Notes: generated by a model from the letters alone, not told the origin. A stretch of 64,000 nt of DNA from Acidobacteriota bacterium (GCA_020853395.1 JADYYY010000013.1:109521-173520), one strand, 5' to 3'. Positions 46,095-56,485 are shown, numbered from the stretch's first letter. Program-made: numbers and translations.

Positions 46095-48935
46095 ATGGCG
46101 CAAGGCTGGATTGCGGTTCGTGGCGCGCGCGTGCACAACCTGCGGAACGTGGACGTGGATTTGCCGCGCGACCGCCTGGTGGTCGTGACCGGTCTGTCCG
46201 GATCCGGCAAGTCCTCGCTGGCCTTCGACACGATCTACGCCGAGGGGCAGCGCCGCTACGTCGAGTCGCTCTCCGCGTACGCGCGCCAGTTCCTCGAGCA
46301 GATGGAGAAGCCGGACGTCGATCTGATCGACGGCCTGTCGCCCGCCATCTCGATCGAGCAGAAGACCACCGCGTCGAATCCGCGGTCGACGGTCGGCACC
46401 GTCACCGAGATCTACGACTACCTGCGGCTGCTCTTCGCCCACATCGGGGTGCCGCATTGCCCGGTGTGCGATCGCGAGATCAGCTCGCAGTCGCTCGAAC
46501 GCATCATGGACATGGTGATGCTGTATCCGGCGGACGAGCGCATCAACGTGCTCGCGCCGGTCGTGCGTGGCCGCAAGGGCGAGTTCAAGCGCGAGCTCGC
46601 CGCGCTGCGCGCGCGTGGCTTCACGCGGGCGCGCATCGACGGCCGCTTCGTCGGCCTGGACGAAGAGATCGCGCTCGATCGCCGGCGCAACCACACGATC
46701 GAGGTGCTCGTGGATCGGCTGATCGTGCGCTCGGGGATCGAGCGGCGCCTGGCGGACTCGATCGAGCTCGCGCTCAAGCTCGCCGACGACATCGTCGTGA
46801 TCAACACGCTCGACGGCGGCGATCGGCTGTTCTCCAGGCGGATGGCCTGCCCGGACTGCGGCGTCAGCATCCCCGAGATGACGCCGCGCGCCTTCTCGTT
46901 CAACTCGCCGCACGGCGCGTGTCCGGAGTGCCAGGGCCTCGGCGAGGTCTTCGACTTCGATCCAGCGCGCGTCGTCGACGAGTCGCGGCCGCTGGCGGGC
47001 GGCGCGGTGCTGCCGTGGGCGGCTGGCGACGCGCGATCCATCGACGAGATGCTCGCGGGCCTGCGGGAGACGTTCGGCATCGATCCGCAGGTGCCGTTCG
47101 GCAGGCTGCCGCGCAGGCAGCGTGAGATCCTGCTGTTCGGCGCGCCTGGACGCAAGCCCGCGCCGCGCGCGCGCAAGGGGCGTGCGTCGGATCCGTTCGG
47201 CGCGGACTTCGAGGGCGTGATTCCAAACCTGCGCCGGCGGTTCGAGACGGGCACCTGGGCCGAACAGGAGACGCTCGAGCGCTATCGCGGCCTGCAGCGC
47301 TGCCCGGTCTGTCACGGGGATCGATTGAAGCCCGAGAGCCGGGCGGTGCGCGTGAAGGGCCGCCGGATCGCAGACTACGTCCACCTGCCGATCGCCGATG
47401 CGCGCCCGCTCTTGGACACGATGGAGCTGACGGAGCGGGAGCTCCTGATCGCCGGGCGCGTGCTGAAGGAGATCCGAGACCGGCTGCGCTTCCTGGTGGA
47501 CGTCGGCGTCGGCTATCTGTCGCTCGGCCGCGCCACGGTCACGCTGTCGGGCGGCGAAGGGCAGCGGATCCGGCTCGCGACCCAGATCGGATCGCAGTTG
47601 ACCGGCGTCTTGTACGTGCTGGACGAACCGTCGATCGGGCTGCACCAGCGCGACAACCGCCGGCTGCTCGCGGCGCTCGGCAAGCTCCGCAACCTCGGCA
47701 ACACCGTGCTCGTCGTCGAACACGACGAGGAGACGATCCGGACGGCCGATTACGTCGTGGATCTCGGGCCCGGCGCCGGAGAACACGGCGGCCACGTGAT
47801 GTTCCAGGGGCCTCCGCAAGACCTGCTCGCGGCGCCGGGAGCGTCGTTGACCGGACAGTACCTGCGCGGCGAGCGGCGCATCGAGGTGCCGGTCGTCCGG
47901 CGATCCGCCGGACGCGGCGCGCTCGTGGTGCGCGGGGGCCGCGCGAACAACCTGAAGCAGGTGGACGTCGCGTTCCCGCTCGGCGCCTTCATCGCCGTCA
48001 CCGGTGTGAGCGGATCCGGAAAGTCCACGCTCGTGAACGAGATTCTCTATCGGGCCCTCGCGCGCACGCTGTATCGCGCCGCCGACGAGCCCGGCGCGCA
48101 CGGCGGCATCGACGGCATCGACCTCGTCGACAAGGTCATCCAGATCGATCAATCGCCGATCGGCCGGACGCCGCGCTCGAACCCCGCCACCTACACCGGG
48201 CTGTTCACGTTCATCCGCGATCTGTTCGCGATGCTTCCGGATGCCCGCGCCCGTGGCTACAAGCCTGGACGGTTCTCGTTCAACGTGAAGGGCGGCCGCT
48301 GCGAGACCTGCCAGGGCGACGGCGTCATCGCGATCGAGATGCACTTCCTGCCGGACGTGTACGTGACCTGCGAGGAGTGCAAGGGACGCCGATACAACCG
48401 CGAGACGCTCGACATCAAGTACCGCGGGAAGTCGATCGCCGAGATGCTCGATCTCACCGTCGACCAGGCGTTGCCGCTCATCGAGAACTTCCCGCCCATG
48501 GCGCTGAAGCTCCGGACGCTCCAGGACGTGGGCCTCGGCTACATCAAGCTGGGGCAGTCGGCAACGACGCTGTCGGGTGGAGAGGCGCAGCGCGTGAAGC
48601 TCGCCCGCGAGCTCGCCCGCCGGGGCACCGGACGCACGCTGTACATCCTCGACGAGCCGACCACCGGCCTGCACTTCGAGGACGTCCGCCGCCTGCTCGA
48701 CGTGCTGAACAAGCTCGTCGATCAGGGCAACACGGTCGTCGTCATCGAACACAATCTCGACGTGATCAAGTGTGCGGATTGGGTCATCGATCTGGGTCCG
48801 GAAGGCGGCGAGCAGGGCGGCCGCGTGGTGGCCGAGGGCCCGCCGGAAGCAGTCGCTCAGCACCCGGCGTCGGCGACCGGCCGCTTCCTTGCGGCGGCGC
48901 TGGGCGGAAGCACGGCATCGGAAGCGGCGGTTTGA
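46095..48935 (+). CDS. uvrA: Excinuclease ABC subunit A
   Basis: [39 protein letters not shown], zinc fingers, a second [10 protein letters not shown], and two LSGGE signatures. 946 aa. Confidence 0.97.
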   Translation: MAQGWIAVRGARVHNLRNVDVDLPRDRLVVVTGLSGSGKSSLAFDTIYAEGQRRYVESLSAYARQFLEQMEKPDVDLIDGLSPAISIEQKTTASNPRSTVGTVTEIYDYLRLLFAHIGVPHCPVCDREISSQSLERIMDMVMLYPADERINVLAPVVRGRKGEFKRELAALRARGFTRARIDGRFVGLDEEIALDRRRNHTIEVLVDRLIVRSGIERRLADSIELALKLADDIVVINTLDGGDRLFSRRMACPDCGVSIPEMTPRAFSFNSPHGACPECQGLGEVFDFDPARVVDESRPLAGGAVLPWAAGDARSIDEMLAGLRETFGIDPQVPFGRLPRRQREILLFGAPGRKPAPRARKGRASDPFGADFEGVIPNLRRRFETGTWAEQETLERYRGLQRCPVCHGDRLKPESRAVRVKGRRIADYVHLPIADARPLLDTMELTERELLIAGRVLKEIRDRLRFLVDVGVGYLSLGRATVTLSGGEGQRIRLATQIGSQLTGVLYVLDEPSIGLHQRDNRRLLAALGKLRNLGNTVLVVEHDEETIRTADYVVDLGPGAGEHGGHVMFQGPPQDLLAAPGASLTGQYLRGERRIEVPVVRRSAGRGALVVRGGRANNLKQVDVAFPLGAFIAVTGVSGSGKSTLVNEILYRALARTLYRAADEPGAHGGIDGIDLVDKVIQIDQSPIGRTPRSNPATYTGLFTFIRDLFAMLPDARARGYKPGRFSFNVKGGRCETCQGDGVIAIEMHFLPDVYVTCEECKGRRYNRETLDIKYRGKSIAEMLDLTVDQALPLIENFPPMALKLRTLQDVGLGYIKLGQSATTLSGGEAQRVKLARELARRGTGRTLYILDEPTTGLHFEDVRRLLDVLNKLVDQGNTVVVIEHNLDVIKCADWVIDLGPEGGEQGGRVVAEGPPEAVAQHPASATGRFLAAALGGSTASEAAV

Positions 48936-49091
48936 TGACGTCTGTGGCTAGTCTGACACGGTGCAGCGATGGTTCACTGTGGCAACTCTGACACGAATAT
49001 GACGCGCGGCCATGGCGTCTCGAAAACCGGCTGATATCTAACTTGACTGGGCTGAGTCGCTTACGAGAATATCTCCCCGGCCGGTCGTGCT

Positions 49092-49107
49092 TGGCAGTCA
49101 GCTTGCT
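49092..49107 (+). promoter_or_regulatory. Sigma-54-like -24/-12 element immediately upstream of lpxC
   Basis: TGGCAGtcagcTTGCT against TGGCAC-N5-TTGCW. The -12 GC lies only ~25 nt from ATG 49131, so the leader would be very short. Confidence 0.35.
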
Positions 49108-49130
49108 TAGGGAGCCTCGGCAGCGAACGA

Positions 49131-50051
49131 ATGTCCATTTCGTCTCAGCGCACACTCCGTAGAGCGGTTCCTTGTGCCGGTATCGGGCTCCATTCCGGCC
49201 AGAAGGTGACGCTCACGCTCAAACCCGCTCCCGCGGACCACGGCATTCGGTTCAGACGGACAGATCTCGGCGGCATCGAAATCCCGGCCCGCGTCTCGCA
49301 CCTCGGCGGCGGTCAGCAGCTCCAGACGGGGCTGGTGGCCGGCAAAGCATCGGTGGAGACGATCGAACATCTGCTCGCCGCGCTGAGGAGCCTCGGGATC
49401 GACAATGCGGTCGTCGAGTTGAACCGCTTCGAAGTGCCGATCATGGATGGCAGTTCGGCGCCCTGGGTCTATCTCATCCAGGACGCCGGCGTGCGCGAGC
49501 TCAACGCGCCTCGCCAGACGATCCACGTGCTGCGGCCGGTTGAGGTCGAGCACGGCGACAAGCGGATCGCCCTCTATCCCGGCGAAGGGTTCAAGGTCAC
49601 GTACACGATCAGCTTCGATCACCCGCTGCTCAGGCATCAGCAGAAGACGGTCGAGCTCGACGAGCAGGTGTTCATCGACGAAATCGCGCCCGCGAGGACG
49701 TTCGGCTTCCTGAAGGAAGTCGAGATGCTGCGGCAGCGCGGCATGGCGCTCGGCGGGTCGCTCGAGAACGCGATCGTGCTCGGCGAGACGGGCGTGCTGA
49801 ACCCGCTGCGCTTCGAGGACGAGTTCGTGCGCCACAAGATCCTCGACGTGATTGGCGACCTGGCGCTCGTCGGGTATCCGATTCAAGGGCACCTGGTCGT
49901 GCACCGCGGCGGGCACGCGCTGCACACCGCTTTCGCGTCCGAGCTGCTCCGCCGCCAGGAAGCCTGGCGCTTCGTCCAGGATCCCGCGCTCGCGCCCGCC
50001 GACACGGTCGCCGATCTCCGCGTGCCGGCGCGCCGCCCGCTCGCCCACTGA
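49131..50051 (+). CDS. lpxC: UDP-3-O-acyl-N-acetylglucosamine deacetylase
   Basis: QRTLRRAVPCAGIGLHSGQKVTLTLKPAP matches the E. coli LpxC N-terminus. The TIEHLLAAL, PIMDGSS and HKILDVIGDL motifs are present. Confidence 0.95.
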   Translation: MSISSQRTLRRAVPCAGIGLHSGQKVTLTLKPAPADHGIRFRRTDLGGIEIPARVSHLGGGQQLQTGLVAGKASVETIEHLLAALRSLGIDNAVVELNRFEVPIMDGSSAPWVYLIQDAGVRELNAPRQTIHVLRPVEVEHGDKRIALYPGEGFKVTYTISFDHPLLRHQQKTVELDEQVFIDEIAPARTFGFLKEVEMLRQRGMALGGSLENAIVLGETGVLNPLRFEDEFVRHKILDVIGDLALVGYPIQGHLVVHRGGHALHTAFASELLRRQEAWRFVQDPALAPADTVADLRVPARRPLAH

Positions 50052-50057
50052 CGCCGG

Positions 50058-50354
50058 TCAGGACCGGCCGCCGCCGTCCTCCTCTCGCGCCGCCAGGCCG
50101 GCCCTTCGCAGGATCGCCAGCATCCGCTCGTTCTCGAACCGGTTGAAGCTCATGAACAGGCTTTCCTTCAGGTAGATCCGCAGTTCCTCGTCCGTCATCT
50201 GGGCGACGAGGTGCTGGAACTCGCGGTCGATCTCCTCGAACCCGTAGTCGAGCTCCCGCCGCCGCGCGAGCTCGCGCGAGATCGTCTCGATGATCGCGAG
50301 CACGTCGCCGTCGAGCTCGATCGGCGTGCCCGCGGCCGTGGTGATCGTGCGCAT
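50058..50354 (-). CDS. Small acidic hypothetical protein (98 aa), last gene of the ECF sigma-STAS operon
   Basis: Its ATG is 1 nt after the STAS stop, and codon bias is good. It has no TM segment and no Cys/His zinc motif. Confidence 0.65.
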   Translation of the reverse strand: MRTITTAAGTPIELDGDVLAIIETISRELARRRELDYGFEEIDREFQHLVAQMTDEELRIYLKESLFMSFNRFENERMLAILRRAGLAAREEDGGGRS

Positions 50355-50355
50355 G

Positions 50356-50697
50356 CTAGCCTCCGAAACTGGCGACCGCCGCCGCGAGATCGCCGTGCAC
50401 TTCGAGGAAGTTGTGCGCGCCCGTCATCGTGAGCATCGTCTCGACGCGCTTCTGCACGCCCGACAGCTTCAGCGCTCCGCCAGCCGACGACGCCTGGCGA
50501 TAGAGATCCATCAGGCAGCCGATGGCGGCGCTGTCCAGGTAGCTGACGGCGCCGAGGTCGAGCAGCAGGTGTTTCTCGCCGCGGCCGATGAGATCGGTAA
50601 CCGCGGCCGCGAAGTCCGCCAGCATCGGGTACGTCAGCCGCGGCTCGTCGACCTTCAGCACCGCCACGGTGCCGAGCCGAGTGGTCGTCATCTTCAT
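50356..50697 (-). CDS. STAS domain protein (anti-sigma factor antagonist, SpoIIAA/RsbV-like)
   Basis: LLLDLGAVSYLDSAAIGCLM contains the conserved DS phospho-site context. 113 aa. The start overlaps the sigma gene stop. Confidence 0.85.
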   Translation of the reverse strand: MKMTTTRLGTVAVLKVDEPRLTYPMLADFAAAVTDLIGRGEKHLLLDLGAVSYLDSAAIGCLMDLYRQASSAGGALKLSGVQKRVETMLTMTGAHNFLEVHGDLAAAVASFGG

Positions 50698-51317
50698 AGG
50701 GATCCTCCACGGGACTTCGGGCTGCCGCCGCCACCCCGTTCTGCGAGTCGTGTGAGCTGTCGGGCCAGCTCGAGCCGGCCGCGGTTGATGCGCGACTTCA
50801 CCGTGCCTTCGGGCAGGCGCAGCTTGTCGGCGATCTCCTGATACGAGAACTCCTGGAGGTCGCGAAGCACGACGGCTTCACGGAGCAACGGCGGAAGCTC
50901 GGCCAACGCGAGCCGGATCCGCTGCTTCAGGTCCTGCTGTTCCAGCAGCCCGTGAGGGCCGCGTTCGGCGGACGCGGGCGAGAGATCCGCGGCGTCGACG
51001 TCGCGGGCGACCGTCTCTCGCTCCTTGCGGACGCTCCGGTAATGATCGATGCAGAGATTCCGGCTGACGCTCACGAGCCAGGTCTGGAAGTTGGCGCGGC
51101 GGTCGAACGTGCGCAGCGCCTTGAAGATCTTGAGGAAGACGTCCTGCGTGAGGTCCTCCGCCTCGTCGTGCCGCCCCACGAACCGGTACGCGATGTTGAA
51201 CACCTTGCGCCAGTTCTGACGGACGATCCGATCCCAGGCGGCCTGGTCTCCCGCGAGGCAGCGTTCGATCAACTCGTCCGTGGTCAGGGTCGAGACGACG
51301 GGCTGATCACTGGACAT
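50694..51317 (-). CDS. ECF-type RNA polymerase sigma factor (sigma-70 family, regions 2 and 4)
   Basis: Region 2 reads EAEDLTQDVFLKIFKAL...FQTWLVSVSRNLCIDHYR. Region 4 reads SYQEIADKLRLPEGTVKSRINRGR. Confidence 0.9.
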   Translation of the reverse strand: MSSDQPVVSTLTTDELIERCLAGDQAAWDRIVRQNWRKVFNIAYRFVGRHDEAEDLTQDVFLKIFKALRTFDRRANFQTWLVSVSRNLCIDHYRSVRKERETVARDVDAADLSPASAERGPHGLLEQQDLKQRIRLALAELPPLLREAVVLRDLQEFSYQEIADKLRLPEGTVKSRINRGRLELARQLTRLAERGGGGSPKSRGGSL

Positions 51318-51425
51318 GGATGGGAAATTCCGGGAGCGTGCCGCGGATCATAGCAAACCGGCTCGCGTCGCACACGGACCACGGCGCCAAATGCCGGCGC
51401 CTCGCCGGAGTACAATCCCGGACCT

Positions 51426-52670
51426 GTGGCGGGATTCACTCGTGTCGATGGCGTCCTGACGTGTGACGGCGTCAGTCTCGCGGAGGTCGCTCGTCAGGCC
51501 GGCACTCCGGTCCACGTGTACAGCGCGGCGCTGATCGACGAGCGGTTCGGCTCGCTCGATCGGGCGTTCGACGCCGTTCCCCACAGGCTGCACTACGCGA
51601 TCAAAGCGAACGCCACGCTCGAAGTCGTGCGCCGTCTGCGTGCGCTCGGCGCGGGCGCCGACGCCAACTCGGGCGGCGAGATCGAGGTCGCGTTGCGCGC
51701 CGGCTTCGCTCCCGCCGACATCGTGTTCACGGGCGTGGGAAAGACGACGCGCGAGCTCGAGCGCGCCGTGGCGCTCGGCGTTCGCGCGATCAATGCCGAG
51801 TCGCCCGGCGAGGTCGCACGCATCGCCGCGATCGCGGCCGCGCAGGGCCGCGACGCGCGCATCGCCGTCCGGCTGAACCCGGACGTGCACGCGGGCAGCC
51901 ATCCGCACATCTCCACCGGGGCGCGCGCCAACAAGTTCGGCGTGTCGCTCGACGCCGCGCGCGACATGATCCAGCAGATCGCCGCCCGGCCCGGCCTTCG
52001 GCTGGTCGGCCTGCACGTGCACGTCGGATCGCAGGTCACGGCGGCGGCGCCGCTGGCAAAGGCAGCCGAGATCGCGGCCTCGCTGGCCTGTGAGCTGAGC
52101 GGCCGTGGCATCACCCTCGATCACCTCGATCTCGGCGGCGGGCTCGGCATTCCGTACCAGCCGGGTCAGCCGGTGCTCTCGCCGGCCGAGTACGCCGCCG
52201 CAATCCTGCCGGCAGTCCGGCGGTCAGGCCTGTTCCTGTTGCTCGAGCCGGGCCGATGGATCGTCGGGCCGAGCGGCGTGCTCGTGACCGAAGTGGTCGA
52301 TCTCAAGCCGGGCCCGGACGAGGGATGGTTCGTGATCGTCGATGCCGGGATGACGGATCTGATCCGCCCGGCCCTGTACGGCGCGTGGCACGGCATCGAA
52401 CCCGTGATGGCCGACGGGCGGCCGCTCATCAAGGCCGACATCGTCGGCCCCGTGTGCGAGACGAGCGACGCATTCGGCATCGCGCGCGAGCTGCCGCGGC
52501 CCGAGGTCGGCGACCTGCTGGTGATTCGCGATACGGGCGCCTACGGGGCGGTGATGGCCTCGAACTACAACCGGCGGCCGACGGCCGCCGAGGTGTTCGT
52601 CGAGGATGGCGGATGCCGCGTCGTTCGCCGCCGCCAGACCATCGACGATCTCTTGCAGTGGGACGTGTGA
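51426..52670 (+). CDS. lysA: Diaminopimelate decarboxylase
   Basis: TPVHVYS, the PLP-lysine context HYAIKAN, HVHVGSQ, LDLGGGLGI and GPVCETSD motifs. GTG start. Confidence 0.93.
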   Translation: MAGFTRVDGVLTCDGVSLAEVARQAGTPVHVYSAALIDERFGSLDRAFDAVPHRLHYAIKANATLEVVRRLRALGAGADANSGGEIEVALRAGFAPADIVFTGVGKTTRELERAVALGVRAINAESPGEVARIAAIAAAQGRDARIAVRLNPDVHAGSHPHISTGARANKFGVSLDAARDMIQQIAARPGLRLVGLHVHVGSQVTAAAPLAKAAEIAASLACELSGRGITLDHLDLGGGLGIPYQPGQPVLSPAEYAAAILPAVRRSGLFLLLEPGRWIVGPSGVLVTEVVDLKPGPDEGWFVIVDAGMTDLIRPALYGAWHGIEPVMADGRPLIKADIVGPVCETSDAFGIARELPRPEVGDLLVIRDTGAYGAVMASNYNRRPTAAEVFVEDGGCRVVRRRQTIDDLLQWDV

Positions 52671-53272
52671 TGCTCATCGCCTTCGAGGGTCTCGACCAGA
52701 GCGGCAAGGAAACGCAGGCGCGCGGGCTCGGCGCCAGGCTGGCCGCCGCCGGCCACGGCGTGCAGCCCGTGTCGTTTCCCGATTACGAGACTGCGCTCGG
52801 CCGCGAGATCCGCCGTGCGCTGGCCGGCGAGTGCAGCTACGGACCCGAGGTGATGCAACTGCTCTACGTCGCGAACCGGTTCGAGTACAAGCCGCGGCTG
52901 GACGCCTGGCTCGCGGCTGGCGACGTCGTGATCTGCGATCGCTATCGCGCGTCGAGCGTGGCGTACGGCGAAGCGCAGGGCCTCGACGTCGGCTGGCTGA
53001 ACGACATCCAGCGACACTTGCCGATCCCTGACGTGACCGTCCTGCTCGACATCGCGCCCGACACGGCGGTTCGCCGCAAGTCGGCCGGCCGCGATCGGTA
53101 CGAGCGAGACCTCGCGCTGCTCGGCCGCGTGCGTCAGAGCTATCGGCGCCAGGCCGAGGCCGCTGATTGGGTCGTCATCGATGGCGAGTGCTCGAAGGAG
53201 GACGTGGCGGCAGCCGTGGCCGAGGCCGTGCTGCCACGGCTCGCGCGGCGGTCAGCGCCCGGACGCTTCTGA
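52670..53272 (+). CDS. tmk: dTMP (thymidylate) kinase
   Basis: MLIAFEGLDQSGKETQ P-loop, with CDRYRASSVAYG and LLDIAPDTAVRR. The ATG overlaps the lysA stop (TGATG). Confidence 0.9.
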   Translation: MLIAFEGLDQSGKETQARGLGARLAAAGHGVQPVSFPDYETALGREIRRALAGECSYGPEVMQLLYVANRFEYKPRLDAWLAAGDVVICDRYRASSVAYGEAQGLDVGWLNDIQRHLPIPDVTVLLDIAPDTAVRRKSAGRDRYERDLALLGRVRQSYRRQAEAADWVVIDGECSKEDVAAAVAEAVLPRLARRSAPGRF

Positions 53273-53954
53273 CACCCGCCGCCAGCAGGATCTCGGCGCA
53301 CGCCTCGATCGTCGCGCCGGTCGTCATCACGTCGTCGATCAGCACGACGGTCGCTCCGGCGAGCGATCGGCCGCCTCGATGGAGCACCGGCGCGCGCACG
53401 ATCGCGAAGGCCCGGCGCACGCCCGCGTGGCGATCCGATCGCGAGCGACCGGCCTGCGGCCGGCCGTAGCGCCGGCGGCGAAGCACGGGCCACACGGGCG
53501 CGCCGAGACACCGGGCCAGGTCGTCGGCTTGGTTGAAGCCCCTCGCCAGCGCGCGGCGTGGATGCAGCGGCACGGGCACCAGCCCGTGCGCGCCTTCGAG
53601 CACCTCCTCGCCGGCGGCGCGCATCAATCGCGCGAGATCGCGCGCGAGCGTGCGGCGGCCGGCGTACTTGAACGCGTGCACGATGTCGCGCATCGGCCCG
53701 TCGTAGATGGCGGCGCTACGCGCCATCCCGCATGCCGGGCGCTCGACGTCGCAGCGCGCGCACCGCTCGCCGGAATGGCCTGGCGCACTGGGCTCGCCGC
53801 AGCACTCGCAATATGGCGGCGTGATGCGCGCCACGCCGCTCCAGCATCGGGAGCACACCGGGGTGTCGAGCGGCTCGAGCAGCGGACCCCGGCAGGCGGC
53901 ACACCGCGGGTCGAGCAAAGCGCGGACGAGCGCGTTCAACGCAGCCAGCGCCAT
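53175..53954 (-). CDS. comF: ComF family protein (phosphoribosyltransferase domain)
   Basis: N-terminal Cys pairs CAACRG...CSRCW...CECCG...CARC, and the PRTase motif VVLIDDVMTTGAT. ATG 53954 was chosen. The C-terminal tail overlaps the tmk 3' end by 98 nt. Confidence 0.8.
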   Translation of the reverse strand: MALAALNALVRALLDPRCAACRGPLLEPLDTPVCSRCWSGVARITPPYCECCGEPSAPGHSGERCARCDVERPACGMARSAAIYDGPMRDIVHAFKYAGRRTLARDLARLMRAAGEEVLEGAHGLVPVPLHPRRALARGFNQADDLARCLGAPVWPVLRRRRYGRPQAGRSRSDRHAGVRRAFAIVRAPVLHRGGRSLAGATVVLIDDVMTTGATIEACAEILLAAGVRSVRALTAARAVAARPRPRLPPRPPSSTRHR

Positions 53955-54055
53955 TGCGGCCGCTCCGTGCAAGCGGCCTGCCCGCCGGCAGGTCGAGCGC
54001 GTCGCGCGCGTCCCCCGTCAGGGTACGCAGAACCTGCACGCCTGGAGCGCCGGGA

Positions 54056-54442
54056 CTATGCGGGAATTTCGATGCGCTGGGCGTCGGCCCACAGCCGCTC
54101 GAGGCCGTAGAACTCGCGCGTCGCGGGCGCGAAGACGTGCACGACGAAGTCGAAGTAGTCCATCAGCACCCAGTCGGCCGTCTTCAACCCTTCGACCAGC
54201 GCCGGCTTGCTGCCCTTCTTCGCGACCGCCGTTTCGATCGCTTCCGCGATCGCTTGGACCTGACGGCTGTTCGTGCCCGTGCAGATCACGAAGAAGTCGG
54301 TGAACGCCGACGCCTGCCGGAGATCGAGCAGGACGACGTCATGGGCCTTCTTGTCTTGCGCGGCAGCGATGGCCGCTTTCACTTGGGCGGGCAGGGTGGA
54401 CGCAATCGAGCGCTTGCGGGGCCGTGGAGCGGGTGTGGTCAT
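54056..54442 (-). CDS. rsfS: Ribosomal silencing factor RsfS
   Basis: AQDKKAHDVVLLDLRQASAFTDFFVICTG.S.RQVQAIA...WVLMDYFDFVVHVF. 128 aa from ATG 54442. The 361-aa ORF in the track is mostly shadow sequence. Confidence 0.9.
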   Translation of the reverse strand: MTTPAPRPRKRSIASTLPAQVKAAIAAAQDKKAHDVVLLDLRQASAFTDFFVICTGTNSRQVQAIAEAIETAVAKKGSKPALVEGLKTADWVLMDYFDFVVHVFAPATREFYGLERLWADAQRIEIPA

Positions 54443-55104
54443 GCAGTTCCCTGGAATGTCAGCGGCGAACCGGCTTTCGCGAGATACAGATCGTGGCGGA
54501 CGATGTGCGAGGCGACGGCTGGCGGCACCAGATCGCCCACGGGCTGGCCGGCCGCACGCGCCCGCCGCACGTCGGTGGACGACACCGGAGACGTGTCCGC
54601 ATCCACCAACAAGATACCCGCTCGAGGCGGAATCTCGCAGGGGCACGCGCGCATCCTGGACGCCAGCGCCGGCAGAAGAGCCGAGAGCGACGTCGCGCGC
54701 ATCCCACGGCGCGAGACGGCCACGAAATGCGTCCGATCGAGCACCCGCGGGTAGTCGTGCCAGGCTTCGATGTCGCGGAAGGCATCGGTGCCGAGAATGA
54801 AGAAGGCAGACGTCAGGTCGACCCCGCGCGACTCCAGCCGCGTCAGCGTATCGGCGGTGTAGGACGGCCCCGTCGCTTCGATCTCGATGTCGCAGGCGAG
54901 CAACCCTTCCTGATCCTGGACGGCGAGGCACACCATCGCGAAGCGGTGCGCCGCCGAGGCCTGCGGCGGCGTGCGATGCGGCGGCACTCTCGAGGGAATC
55001 ATCCAGACGACGTCGAGCGCCAGTTGCCGGCGTGCGGCGTGCGCGACGTCGAGGTGGCCGCGATGGATCGGATCGAACGTTCCGCCGAAGAGCCCCAGCC
55101 TCAT
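54439..55104 (-). CDS. nadD: Nicotinate-nucleotide adenylyltransferase
   Basis: GLFGGTFDPIHRGH motif and SSTDVR near the C-terminus. Confidence 0.93.
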   Translation of the reverse strand: MRLGLFGGTFDPIHRGHLDVAHAARRQLALDVVWMIPSRVPPHRTPPQASAAHRFAMVCLAVQDQEGLLACDIEIEATGPSYTADTLTRLESRGVDLTSAFFILGTDAFRDIEAWHDYPRVLDRTHFVAVSRRGMRATSLSALLPALASRMRACPCEIPPRAGILLVDADTSPVSSTDVRRARAAGQPVGDLVPPAVASHIVRHDLYLAKAGSPLTFQGTA

Positions 55105-55107
55105 GGC

Positions 55108-56142
55108 TCAGGCGGCATCCTGGCGCGCGACGGCACGCCACATCGCCTCGGTCAGCTCCGGCAGGCCCTGCCCGGTGACGGCCGAAACCGGGTACAGCGC
55201 CAGTCCAAGACGCTCGACGAACGTCTGGAGCCGTGCGAGCCGGTCGGGATCGTCGAGCGCGTCGATCTTGTTCGCGGCGACGATCTGGGGCTTTTCGGCG
55301 AGCGCGATGGCCAGCGGTTCGCCCGCGCCCACGAACCGCTCGAGCTCCCGGCGGATCACGCGCACATCCTCCACGGGATCCCGGCCCGACTCGGACGAGA
55401 CGTCGACGACGTGGACGAGCACCTTCGTGCGCTCGAGGTGCGCGAGGAACTTCGTGCCGAGGCCGTGCCCTTCGTGGGCGCCCTCGATCAGGCCGGGCAC
55501 GTCGGCGACGACGAACGAGCGATCGTCGCTGAGCTGGACCACGCCGAGGTTGGGCGTGAGCGTGGTGAACGGGTAGTCGGCGATCTTCGGCTTCGCCGCG
55601 GAGATACGCGAGATCAGCGTGCTCTTGCCCGTGTTGGGGAAGCCGACGAGCCCGACGTCGGCCACGAGCTTGAGCCGCAGGCGCAACCGGCGCGCCTCGC
55701 CGGGCTCGCCCGGCTCGGTGTGGCGCGGCGCGCGATTCGTCGACGTCGCGAACGCCGCGTTGCCGCGCCCGCCGCGGCCGCCCCGGGCGACGAGCACGCG
55801 TTCGCCCGTCTTCTGCAGATCGGCGATCGGGATCAAACCCTCGGGGCCCGTCTCGTACACGACCGTGCCTGGCGGAACTTCGAGCTCGAGGTCGTCGCCA
55901 TCCGCGCCGGTGCAGTTGGAGCCCTGCCCGTGCCGGCCGCGCGGCGCCTTGAACTCAGGATGGAACCGGTACGTGACGAGCGTGTTGTGATGGGGGCTGG
56001 CGACGAGGTGGATCGAACCGCCGCGTCCGCCGTCTCCGCCGTTGGGGCCGCCGCGAGGCACCTTCATCTCGCGGCGGAAGCTCATGCAGCCGTTGCCGCC
56101 GTCGCCGGCCTGGACGACGATGTCGACTTCATCGACGAACAT
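55108..56142 (-). CDS. obg: GTPase Obg/CgtA
   Basis: [25 protein letters not shown] is the Obg fold. The G motifs are [18 protein letters not shown] and NKID. Confidence 0.95.
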   Translation of the reverse strand: MFVDEVDIVVQAGDGGNGCMSFRREMKVPRGGPNGGDGGRGGSIHLVASPHHNTLVTYRFHPEFKAPRGRHGQGSNCTGADGDDLELEVPPGTVVYETGPEGLIPIADLQKTGERVLVARGGRGGRGNAAFATSTNRAPRHTEPGEPGEARRLRLRLKLVADVGLVGFPNTGKSTLISRISAAKPKIADYPFTTLTPNLGVVQLSDDRSFVVADVPGLIEGAHEGHGLGTKFLAHLERTKVLVHVVDVSSESGRDPVEDVRVIRRELERFVGAGEPLAIALAEKPQIVAANKIDALDDPDRLARLQTFVERLGLALYPVSAVTGQGLPELTEAMWRAVARQDAA

Positions 56143-56191
56143 GGGTGGCGTCGCGGCCGATCACGCGGCCGCAGCGGCCGCGACGGGGCGA

Positions 56192-56455
56192 TCAGGCCTT
56201 CTCAATCGGCTCGATGCTGATCACGCGGCCGTGCGCGCCGTGATCGGAGAACTTCACCCGGCCGGCGATCTTCGCGAACAGCGTGTCGTCCTTGCCGCGC
56301 CCGACGTTCAGCCCGGGACGAAAGCGGCGACCACGCTGCCGCACGAGGATGGACCCGCCGGTGACGACGTTGCCGTCGAAGCGCTTGACGCCCAGGCGCT
56401 GGGAGTTGCTGTCCCGGCCGTTGCGCGAACTGCCTTGCCCTTTCTTGTGTGCCAT
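56192..56455 (-). CDS. rpmA: 50S ribosomal protein L27
   Basis: [28 protein letters not shown]... is a canonical L27. Confidence 0.97.
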   Translation of the reverse strand: MAHKKGQGSSRNGRDSNSQRLGVKRFDGNVVTGGSILVRQRGRRFRPGLNVGRGKDDTLFAKIAGRVKFSDHGAHGRVISIEPIEKA

Positions 56456-56485
56456 GACTGGAACTCGCGCGGCGCTCGGCCGCGA

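Noticed and set aside
51318-51425. Lysine (L-box) riboswitch upstream of lysA.
   Set aside because: Only 108 nt are shared with the divergent ECF sigma promoter region. That is far shorter than an L-box, and no conserved L-box helices are evident.
54056-55141. A 361-aa ORF covering rsfS and the antisense frame of nadD.
   Set aside because: Only the last 128 codons match RsfS. The upstream part overlaps nadD, which has clear signatures in another frame.
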